This document shows, one piece after another, positions 1 to 24,411 of a stretch of DNA of 64,000 nucleotides. Positions within the stretch are counted from its first letter, which is position 1; every line of letters starts with the position of its first letter. The notes beneath the pieces are model-generated. The model saw only the letters and a list, made by a program, of their open reading frames with translations, did no database searches and was not told where the DNA came from. Where the stretch lies: the NCBI RefSeq assembly GCF_009914755.1, contig NC_060939.1; one strand, given 5' to 3'. This DNA is from the human T2T-CHM13v2.0 reference genome, Homo sapiens. The position numbers were made by a program, and so were the translations under genes.

Positions 1-230
1 AAATAAAGTTCACAGAATCTCTGAATTCTATTCAAGGACCCTTTGGAGGCCTGTAAACCCCAGGTGAAGCTCTGAAAGCCAAAAAAGAGAAGTGTTTCTG
101 TAAAGTATATTTCACCAGATTACCTGGCAGCAACCAGAAAAGACAATTTAAGTTTCACTATTTACAGAACTTTATCATACAGACAAAGCTTTCTAAATTT
201 CAGAACAACTGTTTTTAAAAAGAAATACTA

Positions 231-996
<766 letters not shown>

Positions 997-1779
997 CTAT
1001 GATTCAAAAATGTTCACGGACTCTTGGCTACAAGAGATCAGTAACACTTTCAAAGAAGCCGTCCCTGACCAAAGGGAACACACACATACTTCATCCACCC
1101 ACTGGAAACTGTATTATTCTTTGTCTACTCCACTAGATTTAAACATGAGGGTGAGGACTTATTCACCACTCTACCTCCAGCACTAAAAGAAGGCCTGACA
1201 CACAGTGGACCCTTGACAAATATTAATATATATCAGATAAATGGATTAAAATATGTCACTTTAAAGTGTTTGCAAATCGAATTCCTGGAATCGGGACATC
1301 TACTGGTTGAGGCTTAACATCGATTTAGGATTAAATTTACTCCCTTACATTTATATATCATTTTACAAAATGCTTCTGCCCACGTTACCTCATTCAATCC
1401 TTCCTTCTGTAGTAAAGAAACTGGAAGATATATTTAGTAAACAATAAGGATTTTATAATTGGCTTAGAAGTTAGATAAAAGGGGCCTTTTTAAAAATCCA
1501 TCCAAGGGTCATAAACCGATAAGCCAAAATAAAACGAATTTGTCTAGAAGTCAGTCATTATAACAGGATCTAGCCTCGTGGTCTGACTTCCACAGATTTG
1601 AGGAAGAGAAAAAAAGTTTATTTTCCAGACTCTCTTGGCTGGGGCGCCATTCTTTCACAGCTTCAGATAAACAGAAAGAAAAGGTAAACAACATGCGCCA
1701 CTCTTAGGAAACTACCTCCCGGTCAAGTTGGGAAAGCCAGCAAAGGACTGCTGAAACACCCAAGTACTTCCGAACCAAC

Positions 1780-3090
<1,311 letters not shown>

Positions 3091-3394
3091 GGTGGCTTAA
3101 CCCTCCAGGGGGAAGTCTCTAAAGTGCCTTGGTAGGCGCTGGATGCTTCAGATTCACTAAATTTCTTCCCCCGGAATTCCACATCCTGTGTGCCTTATCT
3201 TCTCATTCTCCTTAGTTTCATCACTTGTAACATGGAGTTGGTATTGTCAGTTAGTTCCCTGAGCAGCAATTGTTAGTTGGTAACAGCTCCGTCTCCTTGT
3301 TCTTTCAGGCCTCGTGGTGATAAAGCTTCTAGCTGTTGCTAGTCCGTGGGTGCTTTAAAGTCTTGAGGGTTTTCTTTTCTTTCTTTCTTTTTTT

Positions 3395-11904
<8,510 letters not shown>

Positions 11905-12129
11905 TTAGCAGGCCACCTCCTAGCTATCATTCAGACCTCAAATTAGATGTCACCTTTTCTAAGAAGACTTCTTTGACCACTACTTCCTCAAAGTCTGATG
12001 CCATGACATGTAGTATGTTTTGTACTATCTCATAAAAGCTTGTCTACTTGCATACATGGTTTGGCACTCAATAAATGTTTGGCGAGTGAAGGAAAAAGTC
12101 AGGCATCAGATGCTGTGTGCTGGAGTCCA

Positions 12130-12135
12130 TTTATT
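12130..12135 (-). terminator. CILP: CILP distal poly(A) signal AATAAA
   Basis: TTTATT on +, ~1.95 kb past the stop codon, with repeat-free 3'UTR-like sequence in between. Confidence 0.65.
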
Positions 12136-13378
12136 CAGGCCCTCAATTGAGAACAGCAAGGAAAGTGCCCTAGAGTGGGGAACCAGTCAGCCCACCTTCC
12201 CCAGCAACCCACCCCCCCCCGACCCTCCCCCTCCCCCCGTGAGTTTGAAGTGAACTGGTGGTCAGGTTGAAGCAGCAGGCACTCTGGCTCCTGAAGTGGC
12301 TGGGGCGATGGTGCTGCAGATAGCTGTGCACTCACAACAGGGGCAGTCAAGCCTCCCCAAGCAGTCAGTGAGAGCTGCTTCCTGGGAGCAGTGGGACAGA
12401 TGTGGAGTCTGGAAGTGGGTCAAGTTGCAATCACAAGACCACTAGTCCTCACTCCTGCAGATGCTTGCTTTTTCTATGGTTATTGTGATGTGCTCAGCTA
12501 GAGAAATTTCTAATTGCTTACAAACCAAATTCCCAGGAGCCGGGCAGATGGTGATCCAAGAGTACAAATCCAGCCCAGGCCAGAGATGGGTAAAGGAGCT
12601 GCACTAGGCTGGCCAGGGCATCAGGGAAAGCTTTTTGTCCTGATTGTAAACAGTGTCCTCTCTTCTCCCAAACCCTTTGGACTCTTGCCTGACAGATTCT
12701 GGAGGGGTTGGGATAGGGGCAGTGAGTGCATCCTATCCAACCCCACACCCCACTACCCTGACTGTAATGCCGCTGAGATCGCTCTGGCACCACCTATGGG
12801 CCTCTGATTTACTATTTTAAACCAAATACCTTTTCCAAAACCAAAACTCTGCCCGTTTGGACCAATTGTTTTGCTCCAGGGACAGGGTCTGTAACACACA
12901 ACAGAGATCTGGTGTCTGGAAAAGTTGAACATCTTTAGAAGAGCATAAAGAAAAAAGTAAAAGCCCATTTCTGAGTGAGGCCGGCCAGCCCAGCTGGAGA
13001 AGGCAACAGGCTGTTGGGAGAGCCAAAGGACCACTTGGCCAGCTTGTCAGACCCTGGGCCAAGCCATTGTATAAGCTCCAAAGTATTGGAAAGAAGGAAA
13101 GAAAAAAATCGGGACGTGTTTTTAGTCTTGCTCAGGAGCCCAGAACATGCTCACAACTCCAGGAATCTGCTCTTTTCTGCAAACGGAAAATGTGATCCAT
13201 GAGAACAAATTTGACTGCTGGAGTGTGTGCCTATGTTGCCCTGCCCTGTAACTTAGGGGGCGAGGACTTACACCACCTGTGACTGCTTTCCAGAGTCCCC
13301 TGTACTCCTCTGAGCAGCTGGCTCACTTTAATAGTTAAGACAGGACAGTGGCCTCAGAATCGAAATACAGAGTATGCA

Positions 13379-13900
13379 TTTATTGACATCTGCCCTGGGC
13401 TACACTGGGTTTCTAGCAAGAACAAAAGCGAATGCAAAGGGAAATGTACAAATACAGTTAGCAACCTGGTGTAATTGTGGATACCAGGAGATGTTCTTTC
13501 CAGACTTGGTAGAGGAACTATGATCACCCTATATTTAATAGCTTAACTTTGAATGTGCACTAGAATTCCAAATTTAGCAAAGAAATAAATAAGTTATTTA
13601 CATTTCAAGTAAAAGTATTGTGTTTTATTTCTTTATTTCACCACCATTTATATGTATGAACTATGATCAAGGCTTGCCTATGTCCTGTGGAGCAAGGCCA
13701 AGAAATATGCTTTATATTGGTTATTTGATCTTCAGCATCAGATTATCACTATTGCAGAGGTGGGCAAAACCATGCAAAAAGAAGAGGAAGTATATTTGCA
13801 TTAATGGCATTAAATGAAGTACAGTTGAAGCTGCAGAGTTTTACCAGTGGCCAATTTCTTGTGTTTCATTTAAAGAACAGTTTCACAAAGGGGCTTTATT
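13379..13900 (-). terminator. CILP: CILP proximal/intermediate poly(A) signals (AATAAA at 13895-13900, 13632-13637, 13624-13629, 13379-13384)
   Basis: Four canonical hexamers on the minus strand within 710 nt of the stop codon. Confidence 0.65.
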
Positions 13901-14084
13901 GTGCCATTGTGGGGGCCACGTGCCAATCAGTAGCATGGGACAAAGTAAGTAAAGGCATGAAGAAACAAACAAGCAAATTCACGAAAACAGAAGTGCTTAA
14001 ATTAACCAAGTGACAGTTTGTGCATCAGTCTCACAATGGCTGTCACATGAAATGAGGGCAGAAGAGGGTGAAGTACCACAAAAC

Positions 14085-16453
14085 TTAGTTGATCAGGGGC
14101 TGTTGAGCAACTCTAGGAAATCTCAGAGAGGCCACCACTCCACTCTGGCGCTGGCCACCCCTGCTCGCTCGCTGCTGCCTCCTCGAGGGCACTCTTCCTT
14201 GGACAGTGCCTGCAGCAGGGGACTGGGCTGGGGTGCTTTGGAGGTACTGGAAGGCACTCTGGCGGCCTACTTGCCTCTCTACACAGTTGAAGGTGAGGGC
14301 TACTCCCACATTGCTCTTCATGATTCTGGAGGAGCCATCGGATGTGCCATCAAAGCACCGGCCGAGCGCGATCTCCTTGGCCGTGCGAGGGTCCTGGTCA
14401 GTGACAGTGTAGATGCCATAGTTGTGGCCCAGTGGGTCCAAGGGTGCCAGCATGGTGTACTCACTGGTGTCGTTGTTGACTGCAAGTGGCAAGTGGTTGA
14501 CCAGGTACTCATGCAGCATGGGGTTCACACTGGCTCGACGGCAGCTGCCCTGGGGGATGACCTTCACCAGGGTGCGGTCCACACGGTCCTGATCATAGAG
14601 CATCCCACTGCACTTGAACTCCAGACAGGCAGCTGAGACATTGGGCTGGTCCCTGTCCCGAGTGCTCCTCACATCTCGGATTCCATACAGCTTCCCCACT
14701 GTCCGCCGATGAGTGCCCCCCATGTTGCGGGATCGCACATTCACTTCCAGTGGCCCCACAATCTTCACCTTGATATAGCAGGCCCTGAATTCCATCGGCT
14801 TTGGCCACCATGCCAGATAGTCTTCAGTCCAGCTCATAGGGTCATCTTCGTTGAAGGGGACTGTGTTGTAGTCATATCGATCCCCCTCAATCTGGTAGAA
14901 CCGGAAGTGGGCTGCACTGGGTGGTGCCTCTTCACATGCCCGGAGGTTCTCAAAGGCATAGATGGGCCCATTGCTCTCCTCAGCTGAGTTGGGCCTTGGC
15001 TTGGCCATGCTAATCTGGAAAGCTGTCTTTTTAACCCGTGGATCCTCATGGTCCGTCCGACGGTAGTTGAGCTTGTTGAGATAGGGCTGAGGGACGCCAA
15101 TTGCATTTGGGTTGAATTTAGGAGAAGACTCCACTGCTTGCAGTTCCTCCCCAGCCAGGCTTGCCAAGACATAGGCAGAGTAGGCATCAGGGGACTGGTC
15201 ATCACAGAAGGCAGGCACACAGGCCCCGTTGGGGCCTGTGATGACACTGTCAAAGCGGCCCCAGGCCCTAGGGTTGGACAAGAAGCCAGTTCTAGGCTCC
15301 AGGTTAATCACGGAGATCACAACCCCCTGGATCTGCTCACTAGGCAAGAACCTCTCACTCCGGTAGGCCCTCACCTTAACAAAGCACCGCCTGCTTTCAG
15401 GAACATCCAGGTTAAAGAGCCTCCTCTCACGAATCTCCAGGTTGCCCACCAGGAAGGTTCTGTCTTCTCTTTTGTTCCTCCTTTGATTTTCAAATTTGAA
15501 ATCACCTTCCTCCTCCCACAGCCCTGTGTCTGGATTGAGTGACCAGAGTTTCACTGTGGATATGTGCTCTGGCATCTTGACCTGGGTCGAGTCAAGGTGG
15601 ACCTTCACTTTGCCAGCATTAAGTGGCTCTGAGGTGACCTCATCTCTGAAGTCCACAGAGAACATGCCATACGTCCGAAGGGGGAAAGTGTCTCCTTCGT
15701 CATTGATGAAGTTCAGGTCAGTCTGGGCAGCTGTGGCTGTGGAAATATTCCGGGGATCCAGGAAGGTCACACTGGCCTTCACTTTTCCTATGTAGGGCTC
15801 CCCATTCTGCCTGTAGAAACTCCTGGATGGAATCTCCAGTTCAGCCATGGGGTCTTCACCAACCACTTCCCCCAGGGGGATGATGTTGGTCTCCATGGCT
15901 TCCAAAGTGATGGGCTCTTTCCGACGAAGCATCTTGATTTCATGGAACACGGCACTCCCCTTCTTGTTGAAAGGTAGCACTTTGGTGGTGTTGACAAACT
16001 TCTGCAGCCTGTCCACAAATGTGAGCACCAGCCTCTCAGTGTCCTGGGGGACATGGAGGGTGAAAGTGCCCTTGTAGCCAGTCATGCTTACACGGCTGTT
16101 CCCCATGTACACATGGCCAAAGCGCATGGGCTCCCCATTGTCAGCAGCACTGACACGGCCCCGCACGATGCTCCGAGTTTCCGTACACCGCTGGCAGCTG
16201 CACTCCTTGGCCACCTTGGTGGGTAGCGTGTAGCCACTGCACTGGATCTCCCTTTCCTCTGTCTTGGAGATGCCACAGCAGTTCTGCACAGCATCACGGC
16301 ACCTGATCCCATTATCCTGCTGCCCTGCACAAGTCTTAACAGGGCAGCGTCCCACGTCATAGTAGAAGGAGTTGGTGGCATTCTGAAAGCAATCATGGGG
16401 CAGCCGGATAAGATAGCTCTCAGGAACTGGGTTGCAAGGAGTCTCATCAGATG
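14085..16453 (-). CDS. CILP: CILP exon 9 coding part (end of CILP-1 C1, furin site RRNKR aa720-724, C2 domain)
   Basis: Acceptor CAG at 16456-16454; reads ASDETPCNPVPESYLIRLPHDCFQNATNSFYYDVGRCP...QQPLIN, stop TAA 14087-14085; 2369 nt. All coding exons sum to 3555 nt = 1184 aa + stop. Confidence 0.98.
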
Positions 16454-16662
16454 CTGTGTAGGGAAATGGTGTGGAAATTAAGATGTAAGTTTACATCCTA
16501 CACAAAGAGTACCTCAACCTCACCTCTCTACAGTATTCTATGGTTTTCAAAGGACTTGTATATCCATGATTCTCATTCTCACAGAACTCTCTGAGAGGAT
16601 AGAACAGCTATTACTGATCCCATTTTATATACCGGGAAACAGAGTTGGTTGATGGGACCACT

Positions 16663-17679
16663 ACAGTGGCGGTTTGTCTCAATGGAGGGGTCTTGAAAAT
16701 TTATGAAGGTGTTTTGGGTTATCTCCAAAATTGGGGATGCTACTGGCATATTGTGGGTAGGGGCCATTGATGTTCTATGTCCTGCAATGCCTGGCACTGT
16801 TCTGCATAAAGAATCTCTGTGTTCTGAACAACTTTCACATATCCCACCACTCATTCATGTAGGTAGAAAACCTGTTTAAAGTGATCAGAGCTTTGGCTGG
16901 ATGCAGTGGCTCACACCTGTTATCCCAACAATTTGGGAGGCCAAGGTGGGTGGGTTGCTTGAGCCTAGGAGTTCGAGACCAGCCAGGGCAACATGATGAA
17001 ACCCTGTCTCTACAAAAAATACAAAAATCAGCTGGGCATGGTGGCACACGCCTGTAGTCCCAGCTACTCAGGAGGCTGAGGTGGGAGGATTGCTTGAGCC
17101 TGGAAAGTCAATGCTGCAGTTAGCCGTGAGTGTGCCACTACCCTCCAGCCTGGGCGACAGAGCAAGACCCTGTCTAAAACAAATTAAAAGATCAGAGCCT
17201 AGTATCTTTTACATGGCTTTAACCATATACTGAATTTTTCAAGAATGCAACTACCATATAAATTGAGCTAAGATTATACTTTGTTTAGCTCAGAACAATA
17301 CCAAGAATTGTTCCTCGTCTCAGGAAAATCACGTTTCTACAACACCATTACCCAAGGACTGTGAATGCCAGAATGATACCTCTGTATCCATCAGCACTTG
17401 TAGCGGTCATGTTTATGGTGACCCTGGATTTAAATGCAAGTAGTTAACTTCTTGGTTTGTCTTCTCGTGTCAATGTGCCAAAGCATTTAGATATGGGAAT
17501 ACACACTATTTTGTATTAAAATTTAAAAAATTTATCCTTTGTTTTATAGTTAGGACCATGCACATATACATTTGGAAATTATAGGTAGTTATCTATAAAT
17601 GTAACTTCAGAATAATAAAGTAGTATTAAAAATTCCTGTAGCAAAGAGGGAGCCTTGGTGTGATGGGTTGGGACCACTG
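16663..17679. mobile_element. hAT-Charlie DNA transposon remnant (MER20-like) interrupted by an AluJ (16895-17180)
   Basis: CAGTGG...CCACTG terminal inverted ends; MER20-type 'TGCTACTGGCAT...GGGTAG...GCC..GATG' core. Confidence 0.55.
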
Positions 17680-18168
17680 CTGAGGGCTCCATATCTCTGC
17701 CAATGTCCAGAGTACTGTGTGTCTTGTCTGCCCTGAGGTCTGTTGCTCAACTTTTTAAGAGTCTAAAGTAGTCCAGGATCCTTCCAATACATTCTGTCCT
17801 TCTCTGCGTTTTGTTTTGTTTTGTTTAGGCCAATTACCAAGCTATCTTCCTTCCTACTCATTTTCCAAAGACAGGCCCCTGATTGGTCTTTGGCCTCTAA
17901 TCTCTCCCCATCCAGTTCTGTTCTTGAAGCCAGCTCTAGATCACCCTTTCTTGTAAAGCCCCCTCAGTTCCCACTTCTATATCTTTACCCATGCTGGCCC
18001 CTCAATCTGGAACACCCTCACCTCCACATACACAATCCCTGCCCATTCTTTAAGACCAGGGGTTCTAACCTTGGTTGCAAATTGGAATCACATGGGGAGG
18101 TTTTAAACTGTGCATGCCCAGGCCACATCTCAGACCAATTAAGTCAGACTCTCTGGAGGTAAGACTGA

Positions 18169-18597
<429 letters not shown>

Positions 18598-18977
18598 TGA
18601 TCCATCCACCTTGGCCTCCCAAAGTGCTGGGATTACAGGTGTGAGCCGCCACACCTGGCCTTAGCTGCATTTTTCTATCTTGTTTGTCGCTTATTTACAT
18701 GTCTTCACTCCTCCTCAAATGATGGCTCCATGGTGGTAGGATTCAGATCTGTACCATCGTTATGTCCTAGAGGTCCTGGCACTGTGCACAGTACAGAAAA
18801 GCCTGAGCTTGGCCAGGCACGGTGGTTCATGCATGTAATCCCAGCACTTTGGGAGGACGAAAGAGGTGGTGGGGGTCAGGAGTTCAAGACCAGCCTGGCC
18901 AACATGGCGAAACACCATCTCTACTAAAAATATAAAAATTAGCCAGATGTGGTGGTGCACGCCTGTAATCCCAGCTA

Positions 18978-19143
<166 letters not shown>

Positions 19144-19231
19144 TTAGCTATTACTGCATAGTTATGCCCACCTGGGTGCTCAGCCAACCCTGTTGCAGAC
19201 CCAGGGGCCCCAGGGACCCAGACAGGCTTAC

Positions 19232-19389
19232 CTATGACAATCAGCTGGGCAACCTTGGACTTCACAGCCCCAGCATCACTCTGGGCCTTGCAAAAGTACT
19301 CCCCAGCCTGGTGCTGCTGCAGTTTCCTCAGCACCAGCTTGCTCTCATGCTTGTAGAGGGAAGGATCCAGCAATGTGTCATTATGATAC
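19232..19389 (-). CDS. CILP: CILP exon 8 (Ig-like C2 domain, second half; Ile395)
   Basis: CAG|GTATCATAAT...GTCATAG|GTAAGC; 158 nt; YHNDTLLDPSLYKHESKLVLRKLQQHQAGEYFCKAQSDAGAVKSKVAQLIVI. Confidence 0.97.
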
Positions 19390-20027
19390 CTGCAAGGGAT
19401 GGAGAGGTAGAACCTGAATGGGCAGTGGGAGGGCAGGTATTCCTAGAAAAGTGCCAGGAGCAGGCAGCCAAGGAGACAGATGATGAATGGGTTCCCACAA
19501 ATGTCAATATCACCTTTGACTTGGCTCATCCAAGAGCACTAATTGGCCTGGGAAACAAGGAGCTTGGTTCTAAGTCCCAGCCCTACCACGTACCTGGCTG
19601 GGGATGCTTGGACAACCTCCCCCACCCCATCTCACCAATCTGTACTTCAGCTTTCTGGTCTATAAAATGTCAGCAATGACTTCTAGCTGACTTCACAGGA
19701 CTGTTGGATGGGTCAAATAAGAAAGTGGCTATAAAATGTTTGTGAAGGATAAAGGACTCACAGCCATAAGGGATTCTGCCCTTGTTTGCATTTTTTTTTT
19801 TTCCTGAGATGGAGTCTTGCTCTGTCGCCTAGGCTAGAGTACAGTGGCATGATCTTGACTCACTGCAACCTCCGTCTCCCAGGTTCAAGCGATTCTCCTG
19901 CCTTAGCCTCTCGAGTAGCTGGGATTACAGGCATGCACCACCACGCCCAGCTAATTTTTGTATTTTTAGTAGATATGGGGTTTCACCATGTTGGCCAGAC
20001 TGGTCTCGAACTCCTGACCTCAAGTGA

Positions 20028-20333
<306 letters not shown>

Positions 20334-20721
20334 TAGAAACACAAGCCTGCAAACCTGGCTAATTTTTTGCATTTTTTATAGAGACAGGGCTTTACTATGT
20401 TGTCCAGGCTGGTCTCGAGCTCCTGGGCTCAAGCAATCCACCTGCCACAGCCTCCCGAAGTGCTGGGATTACAGGCGTGAGCTACTGTGCCCGGCCAAAG
20501 GGTTCCCCCAGCTTTGAGGGTACAATGAGAGAGCTTGCTGGTTGTCTGGCTCCCAACCCCATGGCTCCCATTTGTAAGTCCCAACATCCGGGCTCTGTAC
20601 CACTGTCTTACTTGTAACTTTATTCTGTTGGTTATTGTTCTTATTAATAAGTCCAGACCCAATGCAAGAAGCTCTGGTTTCCAGGAGGAGAATTGGGCAG
20701 GGTAGCTAGCAGAATACGCAC

Positions 20722-20830
20722 CAAAAATACTTGTCTGGCCTGGGCTTCCCTGTGGCCTTACAGCACAGAGACACGCTCTGCCCAGCTCTCCGTGCTTTTG
20801 TCTCAGGGTTCATCACCATGTATGGAGTCT
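20722..20830 (-). CDS. CILP: CILP exon 7 (Ig-like domain, first half)
   Basis: CAG|AGACTCCATAC...TATTTTTG|GTGCGT; 109 nt; ETPYMVMNPETKARRAGQSVSLCCKATGKPRPDKYFW. Confidence 0.96.
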
Positions 20831-21627
20831 CTGGGACAGAAAATGAGAAATAGCATTTTGGGTTTTTGTGTGTGTGTGTGACAGGTTCTACAGAGCCTAG
20901 CTCCCTCAGGGTCTTTGATGTTGTGAAAATTATAAGGCTTCACCCCTACCCCCAGCCCATCTCCATTGGTCCTAAGGGAATTGGTTCAGAGTGGAGTCTA
21001 TCCTTCCACACCCCCAATCCTGGGACCTCTCCCATGGCCTGTCAAGCAGCATCTGGGTGGGTCAGTGGTGAAACAAGGGGACCTTGTGTCAGCCAAGATT
21101 CCAAGCACTACCTTTGGGACAGAACTGACTGTTTTAAATAGTGCAATATTCATGTTCTGCTGCCCCTGGCAGAATTTTCTGGCCATCCTGCACCATTTCT
21201 GAACTTCCCAAGCCTTTCTCTCTGTGACCTGCAAACCGCACACTATATTGTATTGACCGTTAGATAAGGTGGCCAGGGAAGACCTCATACATTTGAGGGA
21301 GCAAGCCACGCCAATATCTATGGGAAGAACATTCTAAACAGAATACATGCAGCAAGCACGAAGGCCCTGAGGCAGGAATGTGCCTGTGTGTTTGAGGAAC
21401 AGATAGGAGCCCATTGCAGTTGGAGTAGAGTGATTTGGTGTAGAGCGAGTAACAGGAGAGGAGAGCAGAGAAGAAATGGAGGGCCAGATAATATAGTGCC
21501 ATGTGGGCCATGGTAAGGATTCGGGGTTTTACTCCAAGTTAGCTGGGAAGCCAGCTTTTAGCACTATAATCCCTTTATTTAAAAATCTGGACCTTCTCAC
21601 CAGCCCTACCCCAAAGAATTTAGTTAC

Positions 21628-21942
21628 CTGCCCTCACAAACTCTGCCTTGATGGTGGCTGCCTTCAGGCTAGTCTTGGGCATTGTGAGTACAATGGGGGC
21701 AAACTTGACCTTTGTGATCTTCAGGATGCTTTTGCCATCAGGGCACAAGCCAGGGATTCGGAATCTCCCATCACTGTCTGTCTGGGTCAGCAGCTTCGGC
21801 GTCTTGGTCAGGAGGTAGATAGCAGCCCCTGAGGCTGGGGCACCTCCGGGAAGGGAGACAGCCCCATGAAGCATGAAGTCCTGGCACATGCAGGCATCAC
21901 AGTCAGCATTCACCTGGCCCATTGGGCAGGTCAGGTCACAGG
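21628..21942 (-). CDS. CILP: CILP exon 6 (Cys-rich segment plus carboxypeptidase-regulatory-like domain)
   Basis: CAG|CCTGTGAC...AGGGCAG|GTAAC; 315 nt; ACDLTCPMGQVNADCDAC...KAEFVRA. Confidence 0.97.
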
Positions 21943-22083
21943 CTGTGGAACAAGGGGCCATATCAGCAGGGATTCTATGGATTCTGGCATTCCTTCAGCC
22001 ACATCACAGATCACTTCCTCTCCTCCTTGGCCTTTGCTACCCTCCCTTATCAGCCTGCATGACTAACTCCCACTCATCCTTTA

Positions 22084-22420
<337 letters not shown>

Positions 22421-22646
22421 CTAGGAAGCTCTCCTGGATTCCCCCAGGCTATGATAATTGACCCTGCCCTGTGTTCCTATATTATCCTGTATATCTCTCA
22501 TTAGGGCACATAGTAGATGCTCAGTTAATACGTGGTGAGTAAGTAAATGAAGGAATCCATCAGTCTCAAACTGACCCTCTAACTCCCTCCTCATTCTTCA
22601 GCCTCACCCACCACACCCTGCCCAGTGCCAGGAGGGAGGGTGGTAC

Positions 22647-22826
22647 CTGTACAGTCCTGGCCCATGCAGTGCTGACCCTCTTCGCTGGCCTCACTGCACA
22701 GCGACACCATCTCTGCCAAGCAAATGCGTGTGCGAGTCTGGACCCCAGTCTGACCACAGGCAGCTGAGCACTTGCTCCAGGGAGACCATGGGCTCCAGAT
22801 GCGCTCTGTGTCTCGGCGCAGGGATC
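22647..22826 (-). CDS. CILP: CILP exon 5 (thrombospondin type-1 repeat)
   Basis: CAG|GATCCCTG...TGTACAG|GTACC; 180 nt; WSPWSPWSKCSAACGQTGVQTRTRIC motif. Confidence 0.97.
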
Positions 22827-23956
22827 CTGCAAAGTGAGATCAGCAGACGGTCTGATTTCCCTCTTGAGGGAACTCTGTCAGGAAATCTGACCCTGAGGCT
22901 GTTTCTTCTCTGGTAAAGACAAGGTTTCCATTTATGTCGTAGATGTCACTGATATTTATATTTACTGCAGTGATTTTTCCAACAGACAAAATTCTTGAGG
23001 AAGTGAGGTCTCTAATTTGCACAGAGGCACCATATGGGCTAGGGGTGGCCCTGAGCGGTGCTTGTTGGCCAAGCACTGGGACTTTGATATGCTGTCCTAG
23101 GATGTGCAGGGATAGCACTGTCTTTCTTCTTCACCAGTGTGGAAACGGCCACATGCTCCTATGGAAGGACTCCCTGGGAATCAGGGACCCCTGGGAAGTC
23201 GGGGCCTGCAACATGCAATGACTTGGACAAGAAGCCCATTTCTGCCCACCTTCCTCACCTCTGGCCTGAGGCCTGTGTACAAGAATGGGGTCTTCACACC
23301 TTGCTCAGATCAGCCTGAGCTCCCATCCCAGATGACCACCACTGGCGTCTGGGCCTGGGGGATCTTGTGGAACCCTAAGGGAGAAGATCCCCATCCAAGA
23401 AGGGAGCAGGCCTGCTCCCCATAACATCTGTATTATCCATGGTGGGAGGGGATATAAATGCATAGACTCTGCAAACACGGACATGGTTCAAACCCCAGCT
23501 CTGCCTTATCAGCTATGGAATCGTGAGAAGTTACCTAGCTTCTCTGAACCTCGTGTAACTTGTCAAGATGGAGATCTCTCAAAGGTCAGTTGTAAAGGTT
23601 GAATAAAGTGGATAACTAGCACAGTATCTGGCACATAGGAACAAGAATAGAAACTAACACTCAGTGAGCATTTACCTGGGTTAAGCCTCTGCATTCATAT
23701 CATTTAATCCTCATTAAAAACCCCTATGAAGACTTACTATTACCCAGGTGTCACATATGAGAAACCTGAAACTAAGAGAATTTCAGAAAATTTGTCTAGG
23801 GGACACATCATATTGCGGGCTCAGAATTCAAACCCAAGCAGCCCCACTTCAGAGCCTGTGGTCTTCACCATGGTACCACTCAAACATAATAAAATAGGTT
23901 GAATAGAGAGTACCCATAAACACAAAACACTATTGGAAAAGTTCTGGCATTAATGA

Positions 23957-24044
23957 CACTACTTGTTATTATTACAGAGTCCAAGCATATGCATGTGTGT
24001 CACTACTTGTTATTATTACAGAGTCCAAGCATACGCATGTGTGT
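23957..24044. repeat. 44-bp tandem duplication (2 copies, 1 mismatch) in CILP intron 4
   Basis: CACTACTTGTTATTATTACAGAGTCCAAGCATA(T/C)GCATGTGTGT at 23957-24000 and 24001-24044. Confidence 0.95.
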
Positions 24045-24141
24045 GATGCTGAGAGTTCTGGTGGCCAGAGGCAGGTTCTCCCTCTCCCTGAGTAGAGGCC
24101 AGTGGGAAGTAGCGGGTGGGGGTGGGGGCGTTCTGGCTTAC

Positions 24142-24411
24142 CTGGTGGGCAGAGGAAGCGTACGGTGTAATTAGAGCAGTTCTGGCCAGGCCGCTGCTCC
24201 CTGTTGAGGCACCAGAAACCCTCACGGGGACTACCATGGACCACCTGGCCAGTGCTGCCCGCAGGTGTCCAGTCAGTGGTCCGAGCCTCTAGCCGCAGGG
24301 GACGGGCACATACACGGTCCCCATAGTAGAAGCGAATGGCGTCCAGCCGCTCATAGTCGCCCTTCCCGCCTGGGTAGTCGATGTTGAACCATGTTGTCCA
24401 CTCACCAGGGC
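24142..24411 (-). CDS. CILP: CILP exon 4 (mucin-2-type WxxW domain)
   Basis: CAG|GCCCTGGTGAG...CCACCAG|GTAAG; 270 nt; GEWTTWFNIDYPGGKGDYE...CSNYTVRFLCPP. Confidence 0.97.

Noticed and set aside
14010-16447. Antisense and alternate-frame ORFs over CILP exon 9 (e.g. 208 aa at 14010-14636, 164 aa at 15048-15542)
   Set aside because: Expected shadows of a long coding exon; no promoter, splice or homology support.
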